A stretch of DNA of 64,000 bases from Candidatus Poribacteria bacterium (GTDB lineage: Bacteria > Poribacteria > WGA-4E > PCPOR2b), in contig OZ220744.1 of the NCBI GenBank assembly GCA_965116925.1, positions 5,728,001 through 5,792,000 on the forward strand. The letters are read 5' to 3'. Positions within the stretch are counted from its first letter, which is position 1. Every line of letters starts with the position of its first letter. The position numbers were made by a program, and so were the translations under genes. Of this stretch, positions 28,311 through 38,255 are shown piece after piece. The notes beneath the pieces were generated by a model. It saw only the letters and a list, made by a program, of their open reading frames with translations. It had not been told where the DNA came from and searched no databases.

Positions 28311-30323
28311 ATGGCAGAATTGGGACAGGCAGCAATATGGCTTTCAGTGTTTTCCTGTCTGTGGGCATTGACGATGCTCTGGATGGGATTGCGTCATAAC
28401 AACTACAACGCAGTCATCAGCGGACGAAATGGGGTTGTCGGGACCTTTGCTTTAATAACGCTTGCAACAGGCGCGTTAATCTACGGTTTTGTAACAAACG
28501 ACTTTTCGATGAAGTATGTCGTCGAAGTCTCCAGCTACGATCAACCCCTGCTGTACAAAGTCACTGCGTTGTGGGGACGGATGTCCGGTTCGCTCCTGTT
28601 TTGGCTTTGGCTCGTGACGCTTTTTGGTGCATTGGTCGTATGGACAAACCGACGTGCGACCGATTACTTGGCTGACTATGCCCTTATCCCTATCTCGATA
28701 GTAAAACTGTTTTTTATCATCCTTGTGACGGGATTGGTCGAAGGTGTTTACAATCCGCTGGAACGTTTGCCAAATGGTGTGGTTGCTCGTGACGGTGCTG
28801 GCATGAATCCGTTGCTGCAAACACCGAGCATGGCTTTTCATCCTCCATCGCTTTATGTCGGCTTCGTCAGCCTGACCGTGCCGTTTGCTTTTGCTATCGG
28901 TGCGCTCGCTGCTGGCAAGATAGGCAGCGAGTGGATTAACAGGTCGCGGCGATGGATGATGGCATCTTGGTTAGTGCTGACGCTTGGCATCACGCTCGGT
29001 GGAAATTGGGCATATCGTGAGCTCGGATGGGGTGGCTATTGGGCGTGGGATCCCGTCGAAAATGCCTCTTTCATGCCGTGGCTGCTCGGCACCGCCTACC
29101 TTCACTCGGTGATGATCCAAGAGAAGCGAAATATGCTCAAGCTTTGGAATATCGTCTTGATTACGCTTGCGTTTGAGTTTACGCTTTTAGGAACTTTCAT
29201 CACCCGTAGCGGGATAATCACCTCCGTGCACGCATTTGCACAATCCGACATCGGGGGATATTTCCTAGGGTTTATCTTCCTTTCCACATTTAGCGTTATC
29301 GGGCTTTTGGCTTACCGCTGGAACGATCTCAAAAGCCCCAACCGCCTTGAATCCCTCCTTTCCCGCGAAAGTTCGTTTCTCCTAAACAACTGGATGCTTG
29401 TAGGCTTGACGCTAATTATCCTTTGGGGAACGTTGTGGCCAGTTATCACAGAACATGTCACCGGAGAAAAAGCCGCGGTCCCAGAGGCGTTTTTCAATCA
29501 GGTGGTCATTATTCCCGGGCTGCTGCTCCTGTTACTCACAGGTGTCGGTCCAATTATTTCATGGAAAAAGTTGACACCGAGCAATTTCAAACGGATGTTT
29601 GCCAAACCGATTGTTTTTGGAGTAGTCGGTGGCATACTCGCGTGGATATATCTCGCTCTGAGAGGACACGCTGGGGCAATCTATTCCGCGCTTTGCGTCT
29701 TCGCTAGTGCTTTTGTCCTTGTAGCCATCTGCGATGAATTCTATCGTGGATCAAAATTACGAGCTAGACGGAGTGAAACCTCATTCTTTGATGGACTCAT
29801 TCAACTCATTCAACGCAACAAACGTCGATACGGCGGCTATATCGTCCATATCGGCATCGTGATTTTATATATTGGGATTCTGGGGTCTAAGGGCTATTAT
29901 CTCTTGGAATCGAAGGGGCTACAACTTAATGAATCAATAGAGGTCAATGACTACACGCTCACGGTACAAGATGCGTTTCAGGAGGAACACCCTAATTTTT
30001 CGCTCGGTGGCGTTGTATTCGCTGTTGAGAAAGGTGGGAAACCGATAGGGACGATGCGTCCGGCGCGTGGGTTTTATCATAAAGCAGGTCAAGGCGACCA
30101 AGATACCATCGAGTCAGCCATACGCCATATGGGATTAAACGACCTCTATATCGCATTAGGTCCCCTTCCCCAAAACGTACCCGCCCATGTGCAATCCGGT
30201 GGAATTGTCAATGTTCAAGTTTACCATAACCCGCTTATCAATGTTGTCTGGCTTGGTGTTGCCATCATGATGATTGGTGGATTGGTCGCACTCTGTGAAA
30301 AGCACGTCAAAGGTAACATGTAA
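28311..30323 (+). CDS. ccmF: cytochrome c heme lyase CcmF
   Basis: GMNPLLQ, HPP, WAYRELGWGGYWAWDPVENAS, SVHAF. Confidence 0.96.
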   Translation: MAELGQAAIWLSVFSCLWALTMLWMGLRHNNYNAVISGRNGVVGTFALITLATGALIYGFVTNDFSMKYVVEVSSYDQPLLYKVTALWGRMSGSLLFWLWLVTLFGALVVWTNRRATDYLADYALIPISIVKLFFIILVTGLVEGVYNPLERLPNGVVARDGAGMNPLLQTPSMAFHPPSLYVGFVSLTVPFAFAIGALAAGKIGSEWINRSRRWMMASWLVLTLGITLGGNWAYRELGWGGYWAWDPVENASFMPWLLGTAYLHSVMIQEKRNMLKLWNIVLITLAFEFTLLGTFITRSGIITSVHAFAQSDIGGYFLGFIFLSTFSVIGLLAYRWNDLKSPNRLESLLSRESSFLLNNWMLVGLTLIILWGTLWPVITEHVTGEKAAVPEAFFNQVVIIPGLLLLLLTGVGPIISWKKLTPSNFKRMFAKPIVFGVVGGILAWIYLALRGHAGAIYSALCVFASAFVLVAICDEFYRGSKLRARRSETSFFDGLIQLIQRNKRRYGGYIVHIGIVILYIGILGSKGYYLLESKGLQLNESIEVNDYTLTVQDAFQEEHPNFSLGGVVFAVEKGGKPIGTMRPARGFYHKAGQGDQDTIESAIRHMGLNDLYIALGPLPQNVPAHVQSGGIVNVQVYHNPLINVVWLGVAIMMIGGLVALCEKHVKGNM

Positions 30324-30324
30324 G

Positions 30325-30831
30325 ATGAAAAGCTGCCGCACCCTTCTCTTAATTTTAATATCTTTCAGCTGCTTAATTTCAGTGGTGGGTGCTCAAGAAC
30401 AGGTATCCACAACCGATCCATCGTTTGAATCAAACCTGGATCAACTGATGACCGGTGTATACTGTTACTGTGGTTGCGTGCGAGAGACAATTAAGCATTG
30501 CGTCTGTGGCGTTGCTCAACAGATTGAAACGGACTTTCGCAACCGCCTCCGTGCTGGGGGAACGGTTCAACAGATTCGGGCTGACTATCTCGCGAGGTAC
30601 GGGACGCAATACTCAGCACTCATGCCCGCCAAAGGATTTAATATCGTCGCTTATGCCATGCCTGCCGTTATCATCTTACTGATCGGTATTATTGTTTTTC
30701 TTGTACTGAGATCAAAGCGAAAGGCAGCGTTGGCACAATCATCCCCTCAAGCAGCACCGCAACCGTCAGCATCGGCGGATGAATACGCGCAAATTGAGGA
30801 AGAGCTAGCGCGCTACAAGCAGCAAAAATAG
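30325..30831 (+). CDS. ccmH: CcmH/CycL-like protein
   Basis: Signal peptide, CYCGC...CVC, YLARYG, C-terminal TM; follows ccmF. Confidence 0.75.
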   Translation: MKSCRTLLLILISFSCLISVVGAQEQVSTTDPSFESNLDQLMTGVYCYCGCVRETIKHCVCGVAQQIETDFRNRLRAGGTVQQIRADYLARYGTQYSALMPAKGFNIVAYAMPAVIILLIGIIVFLVLRSKRKAALAQSSPQAAPQPSASADEYAQIEEELARYKQQK

Positions 30832-30854
30832 CCGTAAGACTAGGAGTTCGACTT

Positions 30855-31229
30855 ATGTTTTTTGTATTTTTATGGATCTTACTACTTGGACTTCCCCTTT
30901 TGGTCTATCTGGGTTTGCCACTGTGGTCAAAGCCACGCCTGTCCCCAGAAATGGATGCGGTTGAAACCCGAATGCAAACATTGTACCTTGAGCGTGAACG
31001 TAGCTATTCGGCACTTGTAGATCTTGAGGAAGACTATGAAACAGGGAAGCTGTCCCAAGCTGACTATCAAGCCTTAAGAGCACAACTATTACAAGAGACA
31101 GCAGCGGTGTTGACGCAGATCGAAACAGCCGGCATGGCGTCTGTAGAAGAAGAGATCGAAAGATATAAACAACAGAGACTTATGTCACAGGAAAGTCAAA
31201 ATGCTAAGAGCGTGAAACGTGATGCGTGA
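30855..31229 (+). CDS. CcmI N-terminal-like membrane protein
   Basis: TM followed by LVDLEEDYETGKLSQADYQALR. Confidence 0.7.
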   Translation: MFFVFLWILLLGLPLLVYLGLPLWSKPRLSPEMDAVETRMQTLYLERERSYSALVDLEEDYETGKLSQADYQALRAQLLQETAAVLTQIETAGMASVEEEIERYKQQRLMSQESQNAKSVKRDA

Positions 31230-31299
31230 AAATTATTTATTCATGGATTCATTAATGAGCTAAATCAGTTTCTGTTGTACAATTGCTTAACATGGGCTA

Positions 31300-31361
31300 T
31301 AAGAGAAACCGAGTTTTGAAGAAAAAACTCGGTTTCTTTGCACTAAATCTTAACATGAGCG
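31300..31361. repeat. MITE family B partial copy (right end plus hairpin)
   Basis: AGAAACCGAGTTTT...AAAACTCGGTTTCTTTGCACTAAATCTTAACATGAGCG; left end and TSD not found. Confidence 0.7.
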
Positions 31362-31371
31362 AAGATAAAAT

Positions 31372-32754
31372 ATGCATAACAATCGCAAAACCGGAAAGCT
31401 AGGAAACGAGAGATTCCACGAATCACACAAATCCACGCGAACCGCCAAAAAATTGGCGGAGATTTGTGGAGATTCACGGAGACTTTCACGTTTCACGTTT
31501 CACGTTTCATTCTTTATATTCACGGTTTTGATCTGTCTGCTCTCCGCCGTTGGACAGAGCGACATCGGCAAAATCGTAGGGCAGGTCATAGATAAGAAAG
31601 AAAATCGACCACTTTCTCAACAGTTAGTGGTTTTACAGATTCGCCGGGAAGGCGAAGACGTGCAACGACGTGAGACAACGACGGACGACAACGGGTCTTA
31701 TAGCTTCGACAATCTATCAACCGCTTTCGATGTACATTATGCCGTCTCGACCAATTATGAAGGTAAGGAATATATCGAACAAGATCTCGTTCTGTCGGAG
31801 TGGTTGCCTAACATCACGGTCAATATTGAGATTGGGGCATTTACGGATGATCCGTCGCAGGTGAAAATTCGATCGCATACGCTTATCATCGGACCTCCTC
31901 CGCCCGACCATGCCCCTGACGGGGCGGTGTCCGTGTTAGAACTCATTCAAATCGAAAATACGGGTGAGCTGTCGTTTCAAACATCAATAGACAATCAACC
32001 GGTAGGTATGTATTTTAACTTGCCAAATGGACACGAAAATCTTCAGGTTGACCAGACCTTCAAACAAGAGCTTGGGGTAAACGCAAACCGGTTAATTGCA
32101 AGCCAACCGCTATCGCCGGGAACACATCAAGTCGGATATTCCTACTTGATGCACGTTGTTGGTTCGGATTTAGTCCTTCCCCGAAAGCTGACGTTTGACA
32201 CCGCTCAATTCTACGTATTTATCTCAGACGGGATGCCCTTGGTGCCCCAATCGCGAATACTAGGAGCGGGTCGTCGGGAGCAAGTTCATGGACTAGTGTA
32301 TACCATCTATGCGACGGATCCGGCAAAGCCGCTATCAACAGGGCAAACTGTAGATCTACGCTTCAGAGTTACATCCGCCGCACCTCCATCTCAAAGCGGT
32401 ATAAGTGAAACAGCTAGAAAACCGTCTGACCCAAAGATGATTGCGTTGATCGCGCTCTCCGCGGCACTTGCAGGTGGTTTTCTGGTTGCAGCGATTTTCA
32501 AAATCCGATCTCCAACACCGAGACCGTCTGACGACTCTCAGAAGCCTGAAGCGGCACCCGATGCAAGTTGGCTCGGTAAGTTGGATGTCGCGGACCTTGA
32601 GCGGACGCGGGTTGCCCGGCTTGAGATGATTACTCGTTTGGAAGAATTGCACGAAAAGCGTGAAGTCTCCGATCGGGTTTATAAGCGGTTGCGGAAAGAG
32701 CAGGCAGATCGGCTTGCTGCGGTCTTGGCGCGAATGAATAGGAAAGGAGAATGA
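31372..32754 (+). CDS. membrane-anchored protein with carboxypeptidase-regulatory-like domain and CcmI-like C-terminal helix
   Basis: GKIVGQV...TTDDNGSYSF, late TM, LEELHEKREVSDRVYKRLR; start uncertain. Confidence 0.7.
   Translation: MHNNRKTGKLGNERFHESHKSTRTAKKLAEICGDSRRLSRFTFHVSFFIFTVLICLLSAVGQSDIGKIVGQVIDKKENRPLSQQLVVLQIRREGEDVQRRETTTDDNGSYSFDNLSTAFDVHYAVSTNYEGKEYIEQDLVLSEWLPNITVNIEIGAFTDDPSQVKIRSHTLIIGPPPPDHAPDGAVSVLELIQIENTGELSFQTSIDNQPVGMYFNLPNGHENLQVDQTFKQELGVNANRLIASQPLSPGTHQVGYSYLMHVVGSDLVLPRKLTFDTAQFYVFISDGMPLVPQSRILGAGRREQVHGLVYTIYATDPAKPLSTGQTVDLRFRVTSAAPPSQSGISETARKPSDPKMIALIALSAALAGGFLVAAIFKIRSPTPRPSDDSQKPEAAPDASWLGKLDVADLERTRVARLEMITRLEELHEKREVSDRVYKRLRKEQADRLAAVLARMNRKGE
31484..31509. 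repeat. TTTCACG heptamer tandem repeat
   Basis: (TTTCACG)3 TTTCA, translated as SRFTFHVS. Confidence 0.85.
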
Positions 32755-32757
32755 ACG

Positions 32758-32919
32758 ATGAATCCTGAAGAAATCATCAATCTGGAAGATGAATCCTTAT
32801 CTATTGCAGCTCTCGAAAGCACTGCTTCGATGACCGAAGATGAGTTTGTAGAGTGGTGCGATGAAGATATTCGTGCCGAGTATGTTGACGGAATGGATTT
32901 GGTATCAACCTCCGCCTAA
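32758..32919 (+). pseudogene. truncated Uma2-family endonuclease N-terminus
   Basis: 53 aa with MTEDEFVEWCDEDIRAEYVDG, then early stop; AAGGAG RBS. Confidence 0.6.
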
Positions 32920-32975
32920 AAAACGTGATATTCTGCGCGAATTAGGTATCTCATAGCCGCAGTTTTCTACCAATA

Positions 32976-33677
32976 ATGCTCCTCCAAGCCTCCCAAATCA
33001 CGAAACGCTTCGGTCATCGAACCGTGTTGAATGGGCTCGACCTCAACCTCCAATCCGGTGAAGTTGTTACGATTTTTGGACCCAACGGAGCTGGCAAAAC
33101 GACGTTGATTCAGATCCTTTCAACATTGATTAAACCGACATCCGGTACGCTTCAAATTGGAGGGATCGACGCGCTTGCAGAGACGTTACGAGTCCGTCCA
33201 TCATTGGGGTTGGTCGTTCACGAACCGCTCGCTTATCTCGAATTGAGTCCCTATGAGAACTTGAAATTTTTCGGACGACTCTACAGACTTGATGGGTTAG
33301 AGCAACGCATCGCCGATCTTCTCGACGAGGTCCAACTGACCCCTTATGCCCACGAACCTGTCAAGATCTTCTCACGCGGCATGATCCAGCGATTCATGAT
33401 TGCGAAGGCACTGATTCATGATCCGACGGTGCTACTCTTCGACGAACCGTTTTCGGGGCTTGACCTCGCTGCACAGCAACTTGTGTCAAAGCGGATTGAT
33501 CGGGAACGCGCTCGCGGCAAAGGGATTATCCTCACGACGCACAACACGGAATTGGGCTACCACACCGGTTCTCGCTTCCACTTTTTGCTGAACGGTCAAA
33601 TTGAGACGGTTGCTGAGAAGGCAGATATTGGATTGGAAGCGTTGTCTCGTGAGTATGAGGATAGGTTGAACAGGTAG
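32976..33677 (+). CDS. ccmA: heme export ABC ATPase CcmA
   Basis: GPNGAGKTT, FSRGM, LFDEPFSGLD; context. Confidence 0.9.
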   Translation: MLLQASQITKRFGHRTVLNGLDLNLQSGEVVTIFGPNGAGKTTLIQILSTLIKPTSGTLQIGGIDALAETLRVRPSLGLVVHEPLAYLELSPYENLKFFGRLYRLDGLEQRIADLLDEVQLTPYAHEPVKIFSRGMIQRFMIAKALIHDPTVLLFDEPFSGLDLAAQQLVSKRIDRERARGKGIILTTHNTELGYHTGSRFHFLLNGQIETVAEKADIGLEALSREYEDRLNR

Positions 33678-33700
33678 ACAGGTGGGATATAATTTAATCA

Positions 33701-34417
33701 ATGGAAGCATTCCGTCAAATCGGTTGGCTGATTCACAAGGACCTCGCGCTCCAATTTCGCACAAAGGACATGCTGGCTTTAATCATCGTGTTCAGCGTGT
33801 TAGTTGTGCTGGTTTTTTGCTTCGCATTCGGACCGATTTTCCCCGAAAAATTGGAGGAGCGGGGGAAATTGGCTGCCAGTGTATTATGGGCGACATTCCT
33901 ATTCGCAGGTATCATCACGCTGAACAGGTCTTTCGATGTTGAACGCGCAAATGGTGCGCTGCACGGACTGAGGTTGACGGGGGTAGATGCGAGTTACTTT
34001 TACCTTTCAAAGGTAGTCAGTATTTTCGTTTTTCTGATACTGTTAGAGGTCGTTGTTACACCGATCGTCCTTCAATTCTTGGATGTACTGACTGTTTTGC
34101 CAGTCGCGTTGCAAGAGCAACTCCCTTGGCTCCTGCTCAAACTCATCGGCGTACTTGCGATTGGAACGCTCGGTTTCTGTGCGGTGGGCGTCATCGTATC
34201 GGGTATTTCTACTGGTACACATGGAAAGGAAAGCCTGCTCTCTGTCATCTTACTGCCGCTGACCTTTCCGGTGATTATGGCGGGAGCGAAATGCACTGTT
34301 GCCCTGCTAACAACCGGTGAACTTGGGGGAAACTTCTGGATTTCAGTTTTGGTTGTTTATAGCCTTGTGTTCCTAGCAAGCTCATATCTCCTCTTTGAAT
34401 TTGTTGTTGAGGGGTGA
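33701..34417 (+). CDS. ccmB: heme exporter CcmB
   Basis: KDLALQFR, LNRSF..E..NG, LLSVILLPL; six TM segments. Confidence 0.9.
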   Translation: MEAFRQIGWLIHKDLALQFRTKDMLALIIVFSVLVVLVFCFAFGPIFPEKLEERGKLAASVLWATFLFAGIITLNRSFDVERANGALHGLRLTGVDASYFYLSKVVSIFVFLILLEVVVTPIVLQFLDVLTVLPVALQEQLPWLLLKLIGVLAIGTLGFCAVGVIVSGISTGTHGKESLLSVILLPLTFPVIMAGAKCTVALLTTGELGGNFWISVLVVYSLVFLASSYLLFEFVVEG

Positions 34418-34455
34418 ATTCCCCCGTAAATTCCATTCCTAAAAAGGGAGGAAAA

Positions 34456-35124
34456 ATGACACGTACTCAAATAGTTGGGATGCTTGCAGCAATCTTCCTG
34501 TTTGTTGCAATCTACCTCGTTTTCAGCTTCGCAGAAATTGAGATGACGATGCTAGAAGTGCAGAAGATTTTTTACTTCCATATTTCTTCGGCGTTTACCC
34601 TATTCCTTGCCTTCGGCGTGACCTGCCTTTTCAGCATTCTCTACCTAATTAAGCGGCTGGACAAGTACGATACGATTGCGCTTGTTTCAACAGAAATAGG
34701 AATCGTTTTTGGGGTGGTCGTGTTTACCACGGGTCCTATTTGGGCGAGGTTTGCTTGGAATACTTGGTGGAATTGGGAACCAAGATTGACAAGTGCGTTG
34801 ATACTTTGGCTAACATATATCGGCTACCTTATTTTGAGATCTGCCCTAGCGGAGGAGAAAAAACGGGTCTACTCCGCAGTCTTGGGCATTATTGGCTTCC
34901 TGAATGTACCCATCGTTTACTTTTCGGTCGAACTCTGGCAGGGTGGTTTACATCCGGACACCAGCACCAAAATGAACCTTCCCCCAACCATGCAAATTGC
35001 GTGGTTGATTTCATGGCTTGCGCTGACCCTTCTCTATCTATTCTTGCTGATGTTCCGGTATCGCGCTGAACAGATGAAGTTAGAATTAGACACGATTCAA
35101 CATCAACAGATGGGTGAGTTGTAA
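34456..35124 (+). CDS. ccmC: heme exporter CcmC
   Basis: KIFYFH, GPIWARFAWNTWWNWEPRLT (WWD), LHP. Confidence 0.93.
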   Translation: MTRTQIVGMLAAIFLFVAIYLVFSFAEIEMTMLEVQKIFYFHISSAFTLFLAFGVTCLFSILYLIKRLDKYDTIALVSTEIGIVFGVVVFTTGPIWARFAWNTWWNWEPRLTSALILWLTYIGYLILRSALAEEKKRVYSAVLGIIGFLNVPIVYFSVELWQGGLHPDTSTKMNLPPTMQIAWLISWLALTLLYLFLLMFRYRAEQMKLELDTIQHQQMGEL

Positions 35125-35155
35125 AATACAAACGTTCCATTTCTGGAGAAATTCA

Positions 35156-35509
35156 ATGTACAAAGGTTTATGGATAACGGTTCTCACTGTTTTTGCACTC
35201 TTTTTTGGGTTATTTCTATTTAGCCAAATTCCAGTTGCTATCACACAAGATGAGGTCTCCATTGCCGTCAGCGATGCTATTGCCGAAACGAATGTGCAGG
35301 TAGACGAAGTGGAAATTGAACAGCTTGTGACCCAAAAAGCGGTTGAAAAATTGGAAGCTCGGCAGAAAAAACGGTTGAAATTCCTCGTTTCCGCCTATTT
35401 TATCATCTGGCTAATTTTCGGTCTTTATGCCTTGCATCTCGCAAAAATGCAAAACCAACTGCACAAGCGGGTTGAGCAACTGCATGACGGTTTACAGCGG
35501 AAGGAATAG
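35156..35509 (+). CDS. CcmD-like protein with N-terminal extension
   Basis: C-terminal FLVSAYFIIWLIFGLYALHL plus charged tail; follows ccmC. Confidence 0.65.
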   Translation: MYKGLWITVLTVFALFFGLFLFSQIPVAITQDEVSIAVSDAIAETNVQVDEVEIEQLVTQKAVEKLEARQKKRLKFLVSAYFIIWLIFGLYALHLAKMQNQLHKRVEQLHDGLQRKE

Positions 35510-35564
35510 GCGTTACTTCCACCCAAGTTGTTTTGACCCCCGATCTTATCGGGGAGGAGGGGAT

Positions 35565-36812
35565 ATGGAAATTCGTGCAGCGAAAGCAGATGAACGGGAC
35601 GAAATCGTTGATCTCATATCCGCAGTATTCGTCGAAAAATGCAGACCGAGGTACGCCAGCCAACATTGCCAAGATTCCAGCTACGAGCTAGATCAGTCAC
35701 GCGTCTGCGTCGTCGATGGGAAGATTGTCAGCTATGTTCGCGTCTCAAACCGATCGATGTATATTGGAGAAGCGGTTGTGAAACTCGGCGGAATTGGTAT
35801 GGTTGTCACGTCGGAGGAGTACCGTCGGCGGGGTTATTCGTCAGCCTTGCTGCGGGATGCGATTGCGTACATGGAAGCACACAACTACGATCTCAGTCTG
35901 CTGTTTACCACTATCCAACCGTTTTACATGCCGCTTGGGTGGGCATCTTTTCCACAGACAACCTTCGAGTTGGAGCTCCACGACAAAAAAACCTTTGCAC
36001 CATCGGGCTGGAAAAGCCGACCATTTGACCTCGAAAGGGATCTAACGCAAATCAGCCAAATCTACGATGAACACAACAGAGGGCGCACCGGCACCGTTCT
36101 GCGCCCGGAGAAATTATGGAGAGATGGTTATTCGCAGCAGGTCGGTATGTTGCCGTCGCTTGTCGTCGAAAAGGATGGGCAAATCGGTGCCTACGCCAAT
36201 CTCGCGTTCCCCGACGATGATCAAGGGATAGACGCATATTTGGCAACATATTACCCAAATCTGCGGGAGGTCGGCTGTCGAAATGAAGATTCTGACAGTC
36301 TCCTCGCTCTCTGTCATGCGATTTTGGAAGCGGCTTATGAAAGGGGTATTGAAAGTATTTCGGGACGTTTGACCCGACATCACCCAATGACCTTGTTGCT
36401 GAGCGAAGAGAGCGGCAGTCCATTATCGTTCTCAATCCACGAAAGGATGATGTATCGTGTTATCTCGCTGGAGGGACTTTTCCAAAAATTGATTCCTAAA
36501 TTTGAGACGGAATTGGAAAAGGCCGGTATGACAGATCGGTCAGGCTCATTCCACTTTACTGTCAGGGGTCAAGGCTGCACGCTGAACGTGAATCGGGGGA
36601 AAGTTACCGCCGTTGCGGACGATAGTGGAAGGACAAAGATAGCACTGGATACTTATTACTTCTTGAAGGTGCTTTTCGGGGATGCGACATTTGGACAGTT
36701 AGAGGAATTGAATCGCATCAAGGGGATCAATCTGCAACCCGACAAAATGGCACTGCTCTCCACACTTTTTCCGAAAGATGAACCTGCACATTGGATCTGC
36801 GACTATTTTTAA
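35565..36812 (+). CDS. GNAT acetyltransferase (Eis-like, with SCP2-like C-terminus)
   Basis: GGIGMVVT.EEYRRRGYS, FYMPLGW; GGAGGAGG RBS. Confidence 0.85.
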   Translation: MEIRAAKADERDEIVDLISAVFVEKCRPRYASQHCQDSSYELDQSRVCVVDGKIVSYVRVSNRSMYIGEAVVKLGGIGMVVTSEEYRRRGYSSALLRDAIAYMEAHNYDLSLLFTTIQPFYMPLGWASFPQTTFELELHDKKTFAPSGWKSRPFDLERDLTQISQIYDEHNRGRTGTVLRPEKLWRDGYSQQVGMLPSLVVEKDGQIGAYANLAFPDDDQGIDAYLATYYPNLREVGCRNEDSDSLLALCHAILEAAYERGIESISGRLTRHHPMTLLLSEESGSPLSFSIHERMMYRVISLEGLFQKLIPKFETELEKAGMTDRSGSFHFTVRGQGCTLNVNRGKVTAVADDSGRTKIALDTYYFLKVLFGDATFGQLEELNRIKGINLQPDKMALLSTLFPKDEPAHWICDYF

Positions 36813-36844
36813 TCCAATTTGCTGGGTTCTGTTGGCATTTGGGT

Positions 36845-36924
36845 GTCGAGATATGAATCTCGACCTACAGGCGACTCGCCAGTATTAAACCGGGCAGGAA
36901 GGTCGGGCAAGATGCCCGACCTAC
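36845..36924 (-). repeat. two GTAG-type REP hairpins between convergent genes
   Basis: Minus strand GTAGGTCGGGCATCTTGCCCGACC and GTAGGTCGAGATTCATATCTCGAC. Confidence 0.75.
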
Positions 36925-36983
36925 GGGTATTGTTTAGGTTACGACCTCCGGATCCCTGATAAGATCGGGACGATTCCCTTACG

Positions 36984-38045
36984 TCAAACCTTTCCGTCAA
37001 ATCGAACCCCTGTTGGGATCACATCGGTACTCTCACCGCGTCGCATCGCCTCTGCGGTATCGAGGACGCTGCGGAGGTCATGCTTTGGCTCATATCCCAG
37101 CAGACTTTTGATCTTGTGCAGGTTGAACTCGAAATGATTCGATGAAGGCACCCGTGCTTCGACGTAATCCATATTATACCGCTCGGCAAGATAGGGGACA
37201 TCCTCCTCCCATCGGAACAACGCTGCGCCTCCAAGCGTGAATTCTTCTCCAACTGCCTCTTCCTTTTCAATTCCCAAAACTAATCCTTGAGCAATATCCC
37301 GGACATCTGTAAATTCTTGTTTGTAAGGACGCCCGTTCGGATTTAAGCTGATGAGGAATTTCTCTTCGCCGGTCCAGAGCGATTTTATGGTTTCGATCAT
37401 CTCCTGCTCATCTTCATCGTCGCCGGTTTCATCCTTATACCGCTCATACACAGGGTTAAAAAGGAATAGGCGAGGTAGTCCATCTTCATTGAGAAATTCA
37501 CCGGGTTCGATAACCGTAGCAAAACGGAAGACTGTCGTTGGCACACCGTATTGGTAGTGATAGGTCATGGATAATTCTTCACCGATCCATTTGGTCAGGA
37601 AGTACGGCATGTGTTTGTAACGGCTTACCATTTCTTCGGAGATAGGCTCATCGAAAAAACGCCCTTTTTCGCCCAATCTCCAATAAATCGCCTCTGTGCA
37701 AGCATAGACAAATCGGTGAAGATTCGGCAGCCCCTCTCGGATGCATTCCAAAATATTAAGTGTCCCCATTCCGTTGATATTCAAATATTGCAGGTTATCA
37801 AAAGGACCGCCAAACGCAGCTGCAAGGTGATAGATTGCGTCAACCCCATCGACCGCCTGTTTTACATCGTCAAAGTTTCGTAGATCTCCGACAACCGTTT
37901 CGACACGATCATAACTATCAAGTTTGTCCGCACGACTTGAGTCGCCGGGATACACAAAACTGCGGATGTCGTGTCCTCTATCGAGCAGGCGTTTCACCAG
38001 ATTGGCTCCGATTCTGCCTGTGCCTCCTGTGACTAAAATTTTCAT
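36984..38045 (-). CDS. NAD-dependent epimerase/dehydratase (extended SDR)
   Basis: ILVTGGTGRIG, IYHLAA, YFLTK. Confidence 0.9.
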   Translation of the reverse strand: MKILVTGGTGRIGANLVKRLLDRGHDIRSFVYPGDSSRADKLDSYDRVETVVGDLRNFDDVKQAVDGVDAIYHLAAAFGGPFDNLQYLNINGMGTLNILECIREGLPNLHRFVYACTEAIYWRLGEKGRFFDEPISEEMVSRYKHMPYFLTKWIGEELSMTYHYQYGVPTTVFRFATVIEPGEFLNEDGLPRLFLFNPVYERYKDETGDDEDEQEMIETIKSLWTGEEKFLISLNPNGRPYKQEFTDVRDIAQGLVLGIEKEEAVGEEFTLGGAALFRWEEDVPYLAERYNMDYVEARVPSSNHFEFNLHKIKSLLGYEPKHDLRSVLDTAEAMRRGESTDVIPTGVRFDGKV

Positions 38046-38255
38046 TGGATGATCTCCTTAAGTTATCTCCACTCACTATGGATTTATACGTACAATCAAT
38101 TGCGTAATTGCAATAACACGACGTCAGTATTGAGCACAACTCACATAACCCCTGATTTCGGTAATAATATACTAAGCGTTGTATCAAACGTAATCAAGAT
38201 AAAACAGTGTCCAGTCGTCCGTTATCCCGTTTTCCCGTCTTCAAATAGGTCCTCA

